The notes under the pieces: model-generated | The model's input: the letters and a program-made list of their open reading frames with translations, nothing else | Database searches by the model: none | Told to the model about the DNA's origin: nothing | NCBI GenBank assembly: GCA_020348445.1 | Contig: CP070751.1 | Coordinates: 222,006-286,005 of the forward strand | Length of the DNA: 64,000 nucleotides | Source of the DNA: Thermoplasmata archaeon | GTDB taxonomy: Archaea; Thermoplasmatota; Thermoplasmata; GCA-020350865 | Direction: 5' to 3' | Position numbers and translations under genes: made by a program | Shown: positions 28,093 through 37,032 of the stretch, one piece after another | How the letters are laid out: each line of letters starts with the position of its first letter | Numbering within the stretch: position 1 is the stretch's first letter

Positions 28093-29382
28093 TTGATGGT
28101 TGAGAGAAAAAAATGTATATTGATATCTTTAGATGATAATATTGATGAAATTAGTAATCTGACAACATCATTAAATTTTATTATTGAAGAAGTTTTTATA
28201 CAACATAAAGAGAAACCCAATCCAAAATACTATTTAGGTTATGGTAAAGTAAAGGAGATTAAAGAGTATTTAGAAGAGAATGATATAAAAACTGCGATCT
28301 TTAATGCATCTTTAAAACCATCTCAACAATATAATCTCGAAGGATTTTTAGAGATAACAATATATGATCGAATAAGATTGATATTGGAGATATTCTCGGA
28401 TAGGGCCCATAGTGAGGAGGCGAGATTACAGGTTGAACTTGCTAAACTACAATATGAAATTCCATTGTTAAGAGATTGGATTCACAAGGCTAGATATGGA
28501 GAGAGACCTGGATTTATGGCAGGCGGAGAATATGAGGTGGCTCAATATTATGAAATCAGTAGAAAAAGAATAAAAAAGATGAAAGAAAAGCTTAGAAAAA
28601 TAGAAAAGGAAAGAGATCTAAGAAGAAAGAAGCGAAGAAAGTTAGGATATTACCTTATAGGCATTGTTGGTTATACCAATGCTGGGAAGAGTACATTATT
28701 TAATTTAATCTCGCATGAAACTGTAAAAGTAGAGAATAGGTTATTTACCACGTTATCCACTACAACAAGAAAGATTCCCGAATTGGAAAAACCTATTTTA
28801 CTAACCGATACCGTAGGCTTGATAGATAACCTGCCACATTGGGTCATAGAGGCCTTCCATTCTACACTTGAAGAGGTATTTCTTTCAGATATTATTTTAT
28901 TAATGTTAGATATAAGTGAATCAATAGATGATATAAATAGGAAATTACAAACCAGCTTTGATATACTCCTCCCAGATTTAAATCCCTCAAATATCATTCT
29001 TGTTCTTAATAAGATTGATAAAGTAAAGGATTATGAATCTATAAATAATGAAGATAAACTACTGGATAAAATTGAAATGGATCATGAGATAAAGGATATA
29101 ATAACGATATCTGCAAAAAATGAAGATTATAAGGAAAAAGTCATTAATGTTATATTAAAATCGTTATATTATCCAATTAGTCTATCGATATTGTTACCAA
29201 ATAAATCCGAATCTCAAGGTTTTATAAGCTGGCTATATAAAAATAGTGAAATAATATCTATTGAATATGAAAATCAGATAAAGATAGAACTTAGATGTAG
29301 GAAAAGGGACGAGGGACACATAATAAAGAAATGCAAATCTTTAAATGGCAAGGTAACAAAGGATAAGGAAATAGAAACCTAA
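28093..29382 (+). CDS. hflX: GTPase HflX
   Basis: EARLQVELAKLQY, G1 GYTNAGKST, G2 LFTTL, G3 DTVG and G4 NKID motifs. Confidence 0.95.
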   Translation: MMVERKKCILISLDDNIDEISNLTTSLNFIIEEVFIQHKEKPNPKYYLGYGKVKEIKEYLEENDIKTAIFNASLKPSQQYNLEGFLEITIYDRIRLILEIFSDRAHSEEARLQVELAKLQYEIPLLRDWIHKARYGERPGFMAGGEYEVAQYYEISRKRIKKMKEKLRKIEKERDLRRKKRRKLGYYLIGIVGYTNAGKSTLFNLISHETVKVENRLFTTLSTTTRKIPELEKPILLTDTVGLIDNLPHWVIEAFHSTLEEVFLSDIILLMLDISESIDDINRKLQTSFDILLPDLNPSNIILVLNKIDKVKDYESINNEDKLLDKIEMDHEIKDIITISAKNEDYKEKVINVILKSLYYPISLSILLPNKSESQGFISWLYKNSEIISIEYENQIKIELRCRKRDEGHIIKKCKSLNGKVTKDKEIET

Positions 29383-29485
29383 CCCCCCTATCATCTCCAC
29401 CTGAAATAAAGGGGTCCCCTCCCAATAATATTTATAATTCCCTTTTGAATACTGATTAATCACAAATCGATCAATCTCTTCTTCT

Positions 29486-30352
29486 TTATTCATATACCTT
29501 GACCGCACTGATGTTCATAGGGAGATTCATATCTTTTGCCACAGGTTCACATTTTGTTCTTAGGAGATAGGCAATGGGTCTGTAATCTGTCTCAGAAAAT
29601 GTCTCGTAGTTGCCCATGCCCTTTGATATGATGAGATCAACATTCTCTAAAGCCTTCTTCAAATCCTCCCCCATATCTTCGAAATTCACTCCCACAGCAT
29701 AACAACCCGTGGTCAGGATCTTATCAGTCACATCCCCTATTTCAAATTCTTGAGCATCCTCCAAGGTTGCATCAGTAAGTATGGGCTGTCCCCTTACTAC
29801 AAAAGTCAGATGAACATCAAACTTTTTAATTTCCTGACACAATAGTTTGTCAAATACAATTTCACCACAATTATCTGCAAAATAGAGCACCTTTCCCCCT
29901 TTCTCAAGATATTCCCTTACCTTATCTGTCTCGTCCTTATTAAGACCCTCAGCCAATAATGTATCAAATTGCTCTGTAAGTTTCTCGGGGCTTTCTGGGC
30001 TTGAAGATATACCAAAATCAAGTACGTTGCCGATGATGGAGCAAAGAACAGCTGCCTTGAATCTGTCCTTAGAGTTGTTGATCACTTCTTGGGCCTTGGG
30101 AAGTAGTGAGACAGCAGTTTGGTTGCATCTATCCTTTATTGCTTTGTAAGGATCCCTTGTTCCAAGGATATCGTAGGTAGCATCGTGAACTTCTGTTGCA
30201 ACCACTGCGGAACATGATTCTTTTAGGTCGTACTTACTTATAATCCTACAAACCTCATTAAGAACCTCCAAAGCCTTGGAAGGGTCGATGAGGTTGGTTT
30301 CATACAATATTCTGTTGAGAAGACAGGGAACGCAACTTGGATAGATATTCAT
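29486..30352 (-). CDS. DUF89/ARMT1-like damage-control metal-dependent phosphatase
   Basis: CVPC, RDPYK..K...N, GNVLDFG, ADNCGEIVFD and SKGMGNYE motifs. Confidence 0.9.
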   Translation of the reverse strand: MNIYPSCVPCLLNRILYETNLIDPSKALEVLNEVCRIISKYDLKESCSAVVATEVHDATYDILGTRDPYKAIKDRCNQTAVSLLPKAQEVINNSKDRFKAAVLCSIIGNVLDFGISSSPESPEKLTEQFDTLLAEGLNKDETDKVREYLEKGGKVLYFADNCGEIVFDKLLCQEIKKFDVHLTFVVRGQPILTDATLEDAQEFEIGDVTDKILTTGCYAVGVNFEDMGEDLKKALENVDLIISKGMGNYETFSETDYRPIAYLLRTKCEPVAKDMNLPMNISAVKVYE

Positions 30353-30398
30353 GGATAGGGGGAAAAGCAGTGGTAATTAAAAAGATTATCCTCAAAAT

Positions 30399-31310
30399 TT
30401 AATCCTGCCTCCCAATGGCCACCATTTTGTCCAAAGGGGCCCTTGCCTTTTTAATTACTTCATCTGGTAAAATGATCCTGGGCTTTAGGTTTCTTAGGGC
30501 ATCCAACGTATTCTCAAGGGTGATCTTCTTCATGCTCGGGCAAATGGCATCTGAGATAGCGTAGAAGGTCTTATCTGGATTCTCCTTCTTAAGTCTGTGA
30601 ACCAGGCCTTCCTCTGTTCCGATAATAAACTCTTTTGAATCAGATGAAGCACAATGCTTGGCCATGCCCTCAGTGGAATACACAAAATCCGCGATATCTA
30701 TTACATCGGGACTGCATTCAGGATGAACAAGAACCTCAGCAATGGGATAAGAGGCCTTCAGATCCTGAATCTGCGCCACTGAGATATCCTGATGAACATG
30801 ACAATAACCAGGCCAGAAAATGAACTTCTTATCTGGTAAAAATCTTTGAGCATAAAGGCCGAGATTTGAATCAGGAACAAATAAAATGGTATCTTCCTCT
30901 ATGGATTTGATGACCTTCACGGCATTGGCAGATGTACAGCATATATCGGTTTCGGTTTTCACCTCAGCTGTTGTATTCACATAGCTCACCACAGTTGCCT
31001 CAGGATTCTTTTTCTTTGCCATCCTCAGCCCCTCAACATCAACCATGGCTGCCATGGGGCATTTTGCCTTGGGATTTGGATGAATTATGGTTTTTTCGGG
31101 ATTCAAGATAAGGGCAGACTCGGCCATGAAGTCCACACCACAGAAGATGATGAGATCCGATTCCACCTTGGTGGCCTTAACAGCCAGGGCTAGGGAATCA
31201 CCTACAAAATCCGCGAGGTCCTGAATCGCAGGGATTTGATAGTTATGGGCCAGTATAACGGCGTTTTTTTCCTTTTTTGCGTTTATTATATCCTCCACGA
31301 TATTTGACAT
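30399..31310 (-). CDS. nadA: Quinolinate synthase
   Basis: LAHNYQ, FCGVDFMAES, CPMA, YVNT, CHVH, HPEC and CPSMK motifs. Confidence 0.96.
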   Translation of the reverse strand: MSNIVEDIINAKKEKNAVILAHNYQIPAIQDLADFVGDSLALAVKATKVESDLIIFCGVDFMAESALILNPEKTIIHPNPKAKCPMAAMVDVEGLRMAKKKNPEATVVSYVNTTAEVKTETDICCTSANAVKVIKSIEEDTILFVPDSNLGLYAQRFLPDKKFIFWPGYCHVHQDISVAQIQDLKASYPIAEVLVHPECSPDVIDIADFVYSTEGMAKHCASSDSKEFIIGTEEGLVHRLKKENPDKTFYAISDAICPSMKKITLENTLDALRNLKPRIILPDEVIKKARAPLDKMVAIGRQD

Positions 31311-31407
31311 TAAAAGAAGGTAATCTGAGGGTTGTATAAAAGGTTTTTTGGACCTTTTTTATGATAACCAAAACAATATATAGAAACGAGTGCAATAAGG
31401 GAAAAGC

Positions 31408-32184
31408 ATGCCTGAGGCTGAAGAGGAAGAATTGAACGCTGCTGGCGAAAGCAGGTGCATCACGGGCATCGATGGTCTTGATAGGATTTTAAATGGTGGG
31501 ATACCAAGGGGTAACACCGTTCTAATTACAGGAAGCTGTGGCACTGGCAAAACAACGTTGAGTTTCGAATTTCTACTTCATGGGGCAATACACGACGAAA
31601 ACAGCCTCTTTATCAGCGTGACCGAGAATTGGGAGAAACTCCTAAAGAACGTGATTCCATACGATTTTTTCGACGACTCGCTCCTTAAATCGAAAAAACT
31701 CATTATGATAGATTTGGGTGCCATTTACAGCAAATTGGGCCTTGAAAAGGCTGAGTTCACAATGGAGGACATCGACATCATTGTAAGGGCGATAGGAGAT
31801 ATCGTGCGAGAGTGGAGCATAAAAAGACTTGTAATAGATTCAATAACCTCCATTTGCTTCCAGCTGAAGACAAAGGAAAAGATCAGAGACTTCATATTGA
31901 GTTTGGGGAAGAATCTCTCGGAAGCGGGTTGTACATGCATTCTTGTTTCAGAGATATCACCAGGAGAGCAGAGCTACTCCATGTACGGTGTCGAGGAAGC
32001 CATAGCGGACGGAATTGTTCTCATGGCGAACCTCCAAAGAAGAGGTGATCTGCTCAGAACCTTGCAGGTTGTGAAGATGCGTGGGACGATGCATTCCAGG
32101 GCAAAATATGTGCTGGATCTGACATCCGTTGGCGTGCTGTTGGTTCCCCTTTTAAAAGGTGGAAGTGTCCCAGGAGGGATTTAA
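31408..32184 (+). CDS. KaiC-like/RAD55 family ATPase, intact motifs
   Basis: Walker A GSCGTGKT, Walker B RLVIDS, EEAIADG and VVKMRG. Confidence 0.9.
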   Translation: MPEAEEEELNAAGESRCITGIDGLDRILNGGIPRGNTVLITGSCGTGKTTLSFEFLLHGAIHDENSLFISVTENWEKLLKNVIPYDFFDDSLLKSKKLIMIDLGAIYSKLGLEKAEFTMEDIDIIVRAIGDIVREWSIKRLVIDSITSICFQLKTKEKIRDFILSLGKNLSEAGCTCILVSEISPGEQSYSMYGVEEAIADGIVLMANLQRRGDLLRTLQVVKMRGTMHSRAKYVLDLTSVGVLLVPLLKGGSVPGGI

Positions 32185-32205
32185 ACGAGTTTAGCCAGTG
32201 AGATA

Positions 32206-32754
32206 GTGGGGAAATTAAGGGATTTACCCGAATCCTCAGCAGTGGCCATGGTCATAAAAGTCGATGACTACCTGGACGCTATGAGGGGCACAATGGACGC
32301 CTTCCTCTTGGAGAAGGATCTATCAGCCATATACATAACATCCACAATCCCTTCACAATCAATAAAAAATGTTCTGACCATACTGGAAATAGAAATGAGC
32401 AGGATCTACTTTGTCGACTGCATCTCCCATATAATGATGGGAACTGCTGTTAGGTCAGAACATGTGTCATTCGTTGAAAGCCCAACCATGCTTGAAAACA
32501 TCATGCTCAAAGTCGAGTACCTTATGAGAAGTATAGAAGGTAAGAAGCTCGTTCTATTGGATTCCATCAACTCCCTTGCTATCCATAATAATACCAAGAT
32601 CCTCTCGGAATTTCTACATATTCTGGTGAACAACTTGAGGGCAAAGGAGGCATATACACTTATTCTTTCAGTAGAGGAACAGTCTTCTGAGGAGATAAGT
32701 AACATGCTCGGATTGGTATGTGACGAATCACTGAATTTTACGGAGACCAAATAG
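32206..32754 (+). CDS. Degenerate RecA/KaiC-fold protein without a P-loop
   Basis: AIYIT, IYFVDCIS, SPTML and LVLLDSINSL resemble RecA-core strands and Walker B; no Walker A; GTG start. Confidence 0.7.
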   Translation: MGKLRDLPESSAVAMVIKVDDYLDAMRGTMDAFLLEKDLSAIYITSTIPSQSIKNVLTILEIEMSRIYFVDCISHIMMGTAVRSEHVSFVESPTMLENIMLKVEYLMRSIEGKKLVLLDSINSLAIHNNTKILSEFLHILVNNLRAKEAYTLILSVEEQSSEEISNMLGLVCDESLNFTETK

Positions 32755-32764
32755 GTGAGCTCCC

Positions 32765-33508
32765 ATGGCAGTATACAGTACAGGTGTAAAGGTCTTGGAT
32801 GAAACCCTTGGAGGCGGCCTACCTGTGGGATTCACCGCATTGGTTTCTGGTTCCCCAGGTGCAGGAATGGAGCTTCTGGCAAAACAGTTCGCCTCAGGGG
32901 GTAAGGATACCAAGAACATAGTCTATGTGTCCACAACTGAACGAAACGAGGATGTGCTCGCCACAATGAAACGACTTGGATGGACACAGGATCTGAACAT
33001 CATCAATGTGGGCACACGCTACTATGAGAACGTACTTGCCAGGAAATTGGAGGTCAGCAAATACAGGTACGAAGGCCTTACCAGGGAAGATATCGATGCC
33101 CTCATTCACGGAGCAGAGTCTGAAAGGACTGAGAATTTTCTCAGTAATTTGACGTACGAGGTTTCCAGACTAGAGCCGCCTTTTAGACTGGTAATCGATT
33201 CATTGGATTTCTTTTTAGAGCAGCATCAACACACAGATGTGATTTCTGCTCTGAGAATGATCAAAGCCCATGTTCAGCACAGCGAAAGTGTGGCTTTCTT
33301 CACACTACAGAAGGATGTGTATGAGAAAAGAACGTACAGTGGAATAGAAGGTGTGGTTGACTGCATCATGGAATTGGATACATGGATCGAAAAGGCGGCA
33401 TTCAAACGAATCCTCGTAATCAAGAAACTTCGAAACCATCCTGAAAGAACCGGTGCCTTCCATTATACCATTGGTGATCAGGGTATAGCGATTGTTAAAT
33501 CTGTCTGA
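32765..33508 (+). CDS. KaiC-like/RAD55 family protein with degenerate Walker A
   Basis: LDETLGGGLP, GSPGAGME (GKT replaced by GME), RLVIDSLDF and KKLRN. Confidence 0.85.
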   Translation: MAVYSTGVKVLDETLGGGLPVGFTALVSGSPGAGMELLAKQFASGGKDTKNIVYVSTTERNEDVLATMKRLGWTQDLNIINVGTRYYENVLARKLEVSKYRYEGLTREDIDALIHGAESERTENFLSNLTYEVSRLEPPFRLVIDSLDFFLEQHQHTDVISALRMIKAHVQHSESVAFFTLQKDVYEKRTYSGIEGVVDCIMELDTWIEKAAFKRILVIKKLRNHPERTGAFHYTIGDQGIAIVKSV

Positions 33509-33554
33509 TATCTTCTCCATAACTTTTATAACTACGCAGAGATTTTCATGTAGC

Positions 33555-34406
33555 ATGAAAGTCGTAATTCCGGCTGCGGGATTGGGTACAAGACTTTTAC
33601 CTGCGACAAAGGCACAACCCAAGGAGATGCTTCCTGTTGTGGACAAACCTGCAATTCAGTATGTTGTAGAGGAAGCAGTGGCATCTGGTATCAAAGATAT
33701 CTTAATCATAACAGGAAGGGGAAAAAGGGCAATCGAGGATCATTTCGATAAATCTGTGGAACTGGAACAGATTCTTGAAAAAGGGGGCAAATCCTCGGAG
33801 TTAGAGGAGATTAAACAGATTTCAGACATGGCGAATATATTCTATATAAGACAAAAGGAGCAGCTTGGACTGGGGCACGCTGTTCTCTGCGCCAAGAACC
33901 ACATCAACGAGGAAGCCTTTGCAGTAATGCTGGGTGATGATCTGATAGTCAATGATAAACCTGCAATCAAGCAGCTGCTCGATGTTTTCGCGCGTCTGAA
34001 TTGTTCAATAGTTGCTGTAGAACCAATCCCAAAAGATAAGGTACACAGGTACGGGGTGATCAAAGGTTCACAGGTTGAAGATGGGTTATATGAAATTGAG
34101 GATATCATCGAGAAGCCCTCAAAAGAAGAGGCTCCATCCAACATAGCAACTATAGGAAGATATGTGTTTACACCGAGAATCTTCGAATGCCTTGAGAACA
34201 CGAAGCCTGGATATGGCGGTGAGATCCAGCTTACAGATGCAATCAAACTTCTTCTCTCCTCTGAAAAGGTATATGCCTATGAATTTTCGGGAACAAGATA
34301 CGATATAGGAACAAAAGAAGATTGGATTCGGGCGACTGTGGAACTGGCACTTAAACGCAAGGATCTTATGGCTAAAATCTGTCAATTTTTAGAAGAGATT
34401 GAATGA
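33555..34406 (+). CDS. galU: UTP--glucose-1-phosphate uridylyltransferase
   Basis: VIPAAGLGTRLLPATKAQPKEMLPVVDKP, QLGLGHAV and IEKP motifs; start trimmed to MKVV. Confidence 0.95.
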   Translation: MKVVIPAAGLGTRLLPATKAQPKEMLPVVDKPAIQYVVEEAVASGIKDILIITGRGKRAIEDHFDKSVELEQILEKGGKSSELEEIKQISDMANIFYIRQKEQLGLGHAVLCAKNHINEEAFAVMLGDDLIVNDKPAIKQLLDVFARLNCSIVAVEPIPKDKVHRYGVIKGSQVEDGLYEIEDIIEKPSKEEAPSNIATIGRYVFTPRIFECLENTKPGYGGEIQLTDAIKLLLSSEKVYAYEFSGTRYDIGTKEDWIRATVELALKRKDLMAKICQFLEEIE

Positions 34407-34418
34407 GTATGGGCTGTG

Positions 34419-34922
34419 TTATTTACTAATTTCGTAAACTATGTGCCCTAATTCAGGTAAGATCAATTTTTCCATGGCCAGTCTACATGCATTCGTGGAA
34501 CCAGGTAAGCAGAATATTATTTTCCCCTTACTTACGCCTGCAATGGCCCTGCTCAAGATTGCGGGACTGTCAACCTCCTTGTAGCTGAGGTGTCGAAACA
34601 ACTCACCGAATCCCACGAGCTCCTTTTCCAAAAAAGGCTTTAATGCTTCAATTGTCACGTCCGATTTACCTATACCTGTGCCCCCATTAAGAATAATGGC
34701 CTGTACGCCCTCTTTTTCAATTGTGTGTTCCAGAGACTGTGAGATCAGTGAGATATCGTCTGGAATAACCTCATAGTATAAAACAGTATGTCCATTACCC
34801 TCAAGAAGACTGATTATTGTTTTTCCTGAGCCATCATTTTCTTTTGTCCTTGTGGTGCTTACTGTGATCACTGCACAGTTTATGGATTTGAGTGCATGTT
34901 TTTTATGTTCTTCCACTCCCAC
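34419..34922 (-). CDS. moaB: Molybdopterin adenylyltransferase, MoaB/Mog family
   Basis: ITVS, DGSG, VIPDD, GGTGIG..DVT, GFGELFR and LPGS motifs. Confidence 0.93.
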   Translation of the reverse strand: MGVEEHKKHALKSINCAVITVSTTRTKENDGSGKTIISLLEGNGHTVLYYEVIPDDISLISQSLEHTIEKEGVQAIILNGGTGIGKSDVTIEALKPFLEKELVGFGELFRHLSYKEVDSPAILSRAIAGVSKGKIIFCLPGSTNACRLAMEKLILPELGHIVYEISK

Positions 34923-34926
34923 ATAA

Positions 34927-35361
34927 TCACAACTTCTGCTTTGATATTACCCTAATTTTACCTATATTTGTTGTGGGGTACTGACCATGTTCATCCTTTT
35001 CAAGATATTTTACCATGTCCCATATTGTGAGAAGGGCCACGGAAACACCAACCAAACTTTCCATCTCAACACCTGTGGTGTAATGGGCCGAAACCGTACA
35101 TTCGCATACAATGATATCCTCACCCAGATCAAGCGATACATCCACAGAATTTATTGGTATAGGATGGCATAATGGTATGAGATTGGGAGTATTTTTTACA
35201 GCCAGTATAGCAGATGTCTTGGCTGTGTTTAACACATCCCCCTTTTTTATGTTATTTTCTTTTATAGCGGATATCGTGTTCTTCTTCAGCTTCAGTTCAC
35301 CTTTGGCCTTGGCCATTCTAGGGGAAGCCTCCTTATCGCTTATGTCCACCATCTTTGTCAT
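34927..35361 (-). CDS. moaC: Cyclic pyranopterin monophosphate synthase MoaC
   Basis: MVDIS.K, KGDVL, LIPLCHP, TGVEME and IWDMVK motifs. Confidence 0.95.
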   Translation of the reverse strand: MTKMVDISDKEASPRMAKAKGELKLKKNTISAIKENNIKKGDVLNTAKTSAILAVKNTPNLIPLCHPIPINSVDVSLDLGEDIIVCECTVSAHYTTGVEMESLVGVSVALLTIWDMVKYLEKDEHGQYPTTNIGKIRVISKQKL

Positions 35362-35363
35362 AT

Positions 35364-35813
35364 TTACTGGCCCCCTGTCCTTCCCTCACCAACCCAATAC
35401 TCCTTTTCTTCAGTGACCTCTTTCTTCCATATGGGAACGATCTTCTTAAGCTCGTCTATTGCGTACTCGCACGCAGAAAACGCCTCCTTTCTATGGGAGG
35501 CAGAAACAGCGATTAGAACGATTTTTTCTTTGGGTGTTAGGGTACCGGTTCTATGTATGATATGCATATCTTGAATGTCGTAATTTGAAAGGGCATGTGC
35601 CCTGATTTCTTCCATCTTTGAAAGGGCCATTTTATTGTAGGTTTCATATTCTAGTTGCTTAACCTCCAATAGTCCCTTATTTTGATTCGCCAAAGTATTG
35701 TCAGTTACACCTCTTACTGTTCCAATAAAGGACACCACAGCTCCCACATTCTCGTTTCTCAATCCCTCTAATATCTCGTTTACATCGAAGTCCCGCTCTC
35801 TGATTTCAATCAA
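35364..35813 (-). CDS. moaE: Molybdopterin synthase catalytic subunit MoaE
   Basis: GAVVSFIGTVR, LEYE, HRTG, SHRKEAF and VPIWKKE motifs; TTG start. Confidence 0.95.
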   Translation of the reverse strand: MIEIRERDFDVNEILEGLRNENVGAVVSFIGTVRGVTDNTLANQNKGLLEVKQLEYETYNKMALSKMEEIRAHALSNYDIQDMHIIHRTGTLTPKEKIVLIAVSASHRKEAFSACEYAIDELKKIVPIWKKEVTEEKEYWVGEGRTGGQ

Positions 35814-35816
35814 TTC

Positions 35817-36062
35817 TCAACCTCCGCTCACAGGTGGCAAAAGGGCCACCTCATCCCCATCTTTTAACTTCGTGTCATAAGTTGCATATTCCCAATTTAC
35901 TGAGATCACAAGGGTTTCAGTTAACTCCCCCAATTTTGGATGCTTCTCTTTGATCACATCCAACAAAAAGGACACATCTGCCCCTTCCTTTAGCGAGATA
36001 TCAACCTCATCTATACCTATTGCCTCTTTATAACCTGCAAAGAATTTTACTTTGACATTCAG
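35817..36062 (-). CDS. moaD: Molybdopterin synthase sulfur carrier MoaD, apparent CTG start; not in the ORF track
   Basis: Manual translation (L/M)NVKVKFFAGYKEAIG...LKDGDEVALLPPVSGG*, 81 aa, ubiquitin-like with C-terminal GG; GGAGG 7 nt upstream of CTG. Confidence 0.92.
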   Translation of the reverse strand: MNVKVKFFAGYKEAIGIDEVDISLKEGADVSFLLDVIKEKHPKLGELTETLVISVNWEYATYDTKLKDGDEVALLPPVSGG

Positions 36063-36063
36063 G

Positions 36064-37005
36064 TTAAGCCCTCCAGTAAGGTTCTTTTAAGAGTATCGCT
36101 TTTTTGAACATATTCATAAGTTCTTCATCTTCAGCACCATTTCTAATGGAATCGATTATGTTTATATGATTGTCGTTTATCAGAAGGCAGGGTTTCAACT
36201 CTCCAGTTGATGTTACCCTAAGTCTTGTGCAGTTTTCACAGAATTTGGAATTGTGCATACCGCGCACGATCTCAACCTCGGCTGTGCCGTTGTTCTCAGA
36301 AGGTAAAATGTACTTCTTTCTCCGCTGCATATTTCTTTGTCTTACCTCGCAGGCCCTGTTGTTCAGTTCTTCTTCCATTTCACACAAATCAAAGTGATAC
36401 CTTTTGAAAAAAGAACTGTTAGCACCTTCGCAGGAGCTTTCGAACTCGATAAGTTGGAGAATTGCCCCAACCTTGGATGCAAACTCAATTGCCTGGGGAA
36501 TATGATGATCGTTTATTCCTTTCAGAACGACCATATTGAGTTTAACTGGAGTTAAGCCGGCATTTTGCGCTGCACAAACGCCATCTCTCACATCATCAAA
36601 CACATCGCTTTTAGTAATTCTTTGGAAGGTATTTGGCTCTGGCGCATCAAAGCTTATGTTCACCCTGTTTAATCCCGCTTTTCTTAACTCATCCGCGTAC
36701 TCACTCAAAAGGACTCCGTTTGTGGTCATTGAAACCTCTTTCATATGTTTTGCAGTCCTCCCTACAATATCTATTATGTCCCTTCGCAATAGAGGCTCTC
36801 CACCAGTGATCTTCAATTTCTCTATTCCCACTTTACTTGCTATCTCGGCGATCTTTCCGATCTCCTCGGGTTTCATGTGTCCATTTCCAATAAAATGCCC
36901 ATCCTCACCCTCATGATGGCAGTAGAAACAGTCCAGGTTGCATTGCTGGGTAACTGAAATCCGCATGTTGTTTATCTGCCTCCCGTACCTGTCGAGCATC
37001 GACAT
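36064..37005 (-). CDS. moaA: GTP 3',8-cyclase MoaA
   Basis: MRISVTQQCNLDCFYCH radical-SAM motif, TGGEP, TTNG and CENCTRLR...LKPCL second cluster. Confidence 0.96.
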   Translation of the reverse strand: MSMLDRYGRQINNMRISVTQQCNLDCFYCHHEGEDGHFIGNGHMKPEEIGKIAEIASKVGIEKLKITGGEPLLRRDIIDIVGRTAKHMKEVSMTTNGVLLSEYADELRKAGLNRVNISFDAPEPNTFQRITKSDVFDDVRDGVCAAQNAGLTPVKLNMVVLKGINDHHIPQAIEFASKVGAILQLIEFESSCEGANSSFFKRYHFDLCEMEEELNNRACEVRQRNMQRRKKYILPSENNGTAEVEIVRGMHNSKFCENCTRLRVTSTGELKPCLLINDNHINIIDSIRNGAEDEELMNMFKKAILLKEPYWRA

Positions 37006-37032
37006 GTATATTGAAGCATAACGGTTTAAAGT

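Noticed and set aside
31408-33508. Circadian KaiABC clock
   Set aside because: These are single-domain proteins without the S/T phosphorylation pair, and no kaiA or kaiB is present.
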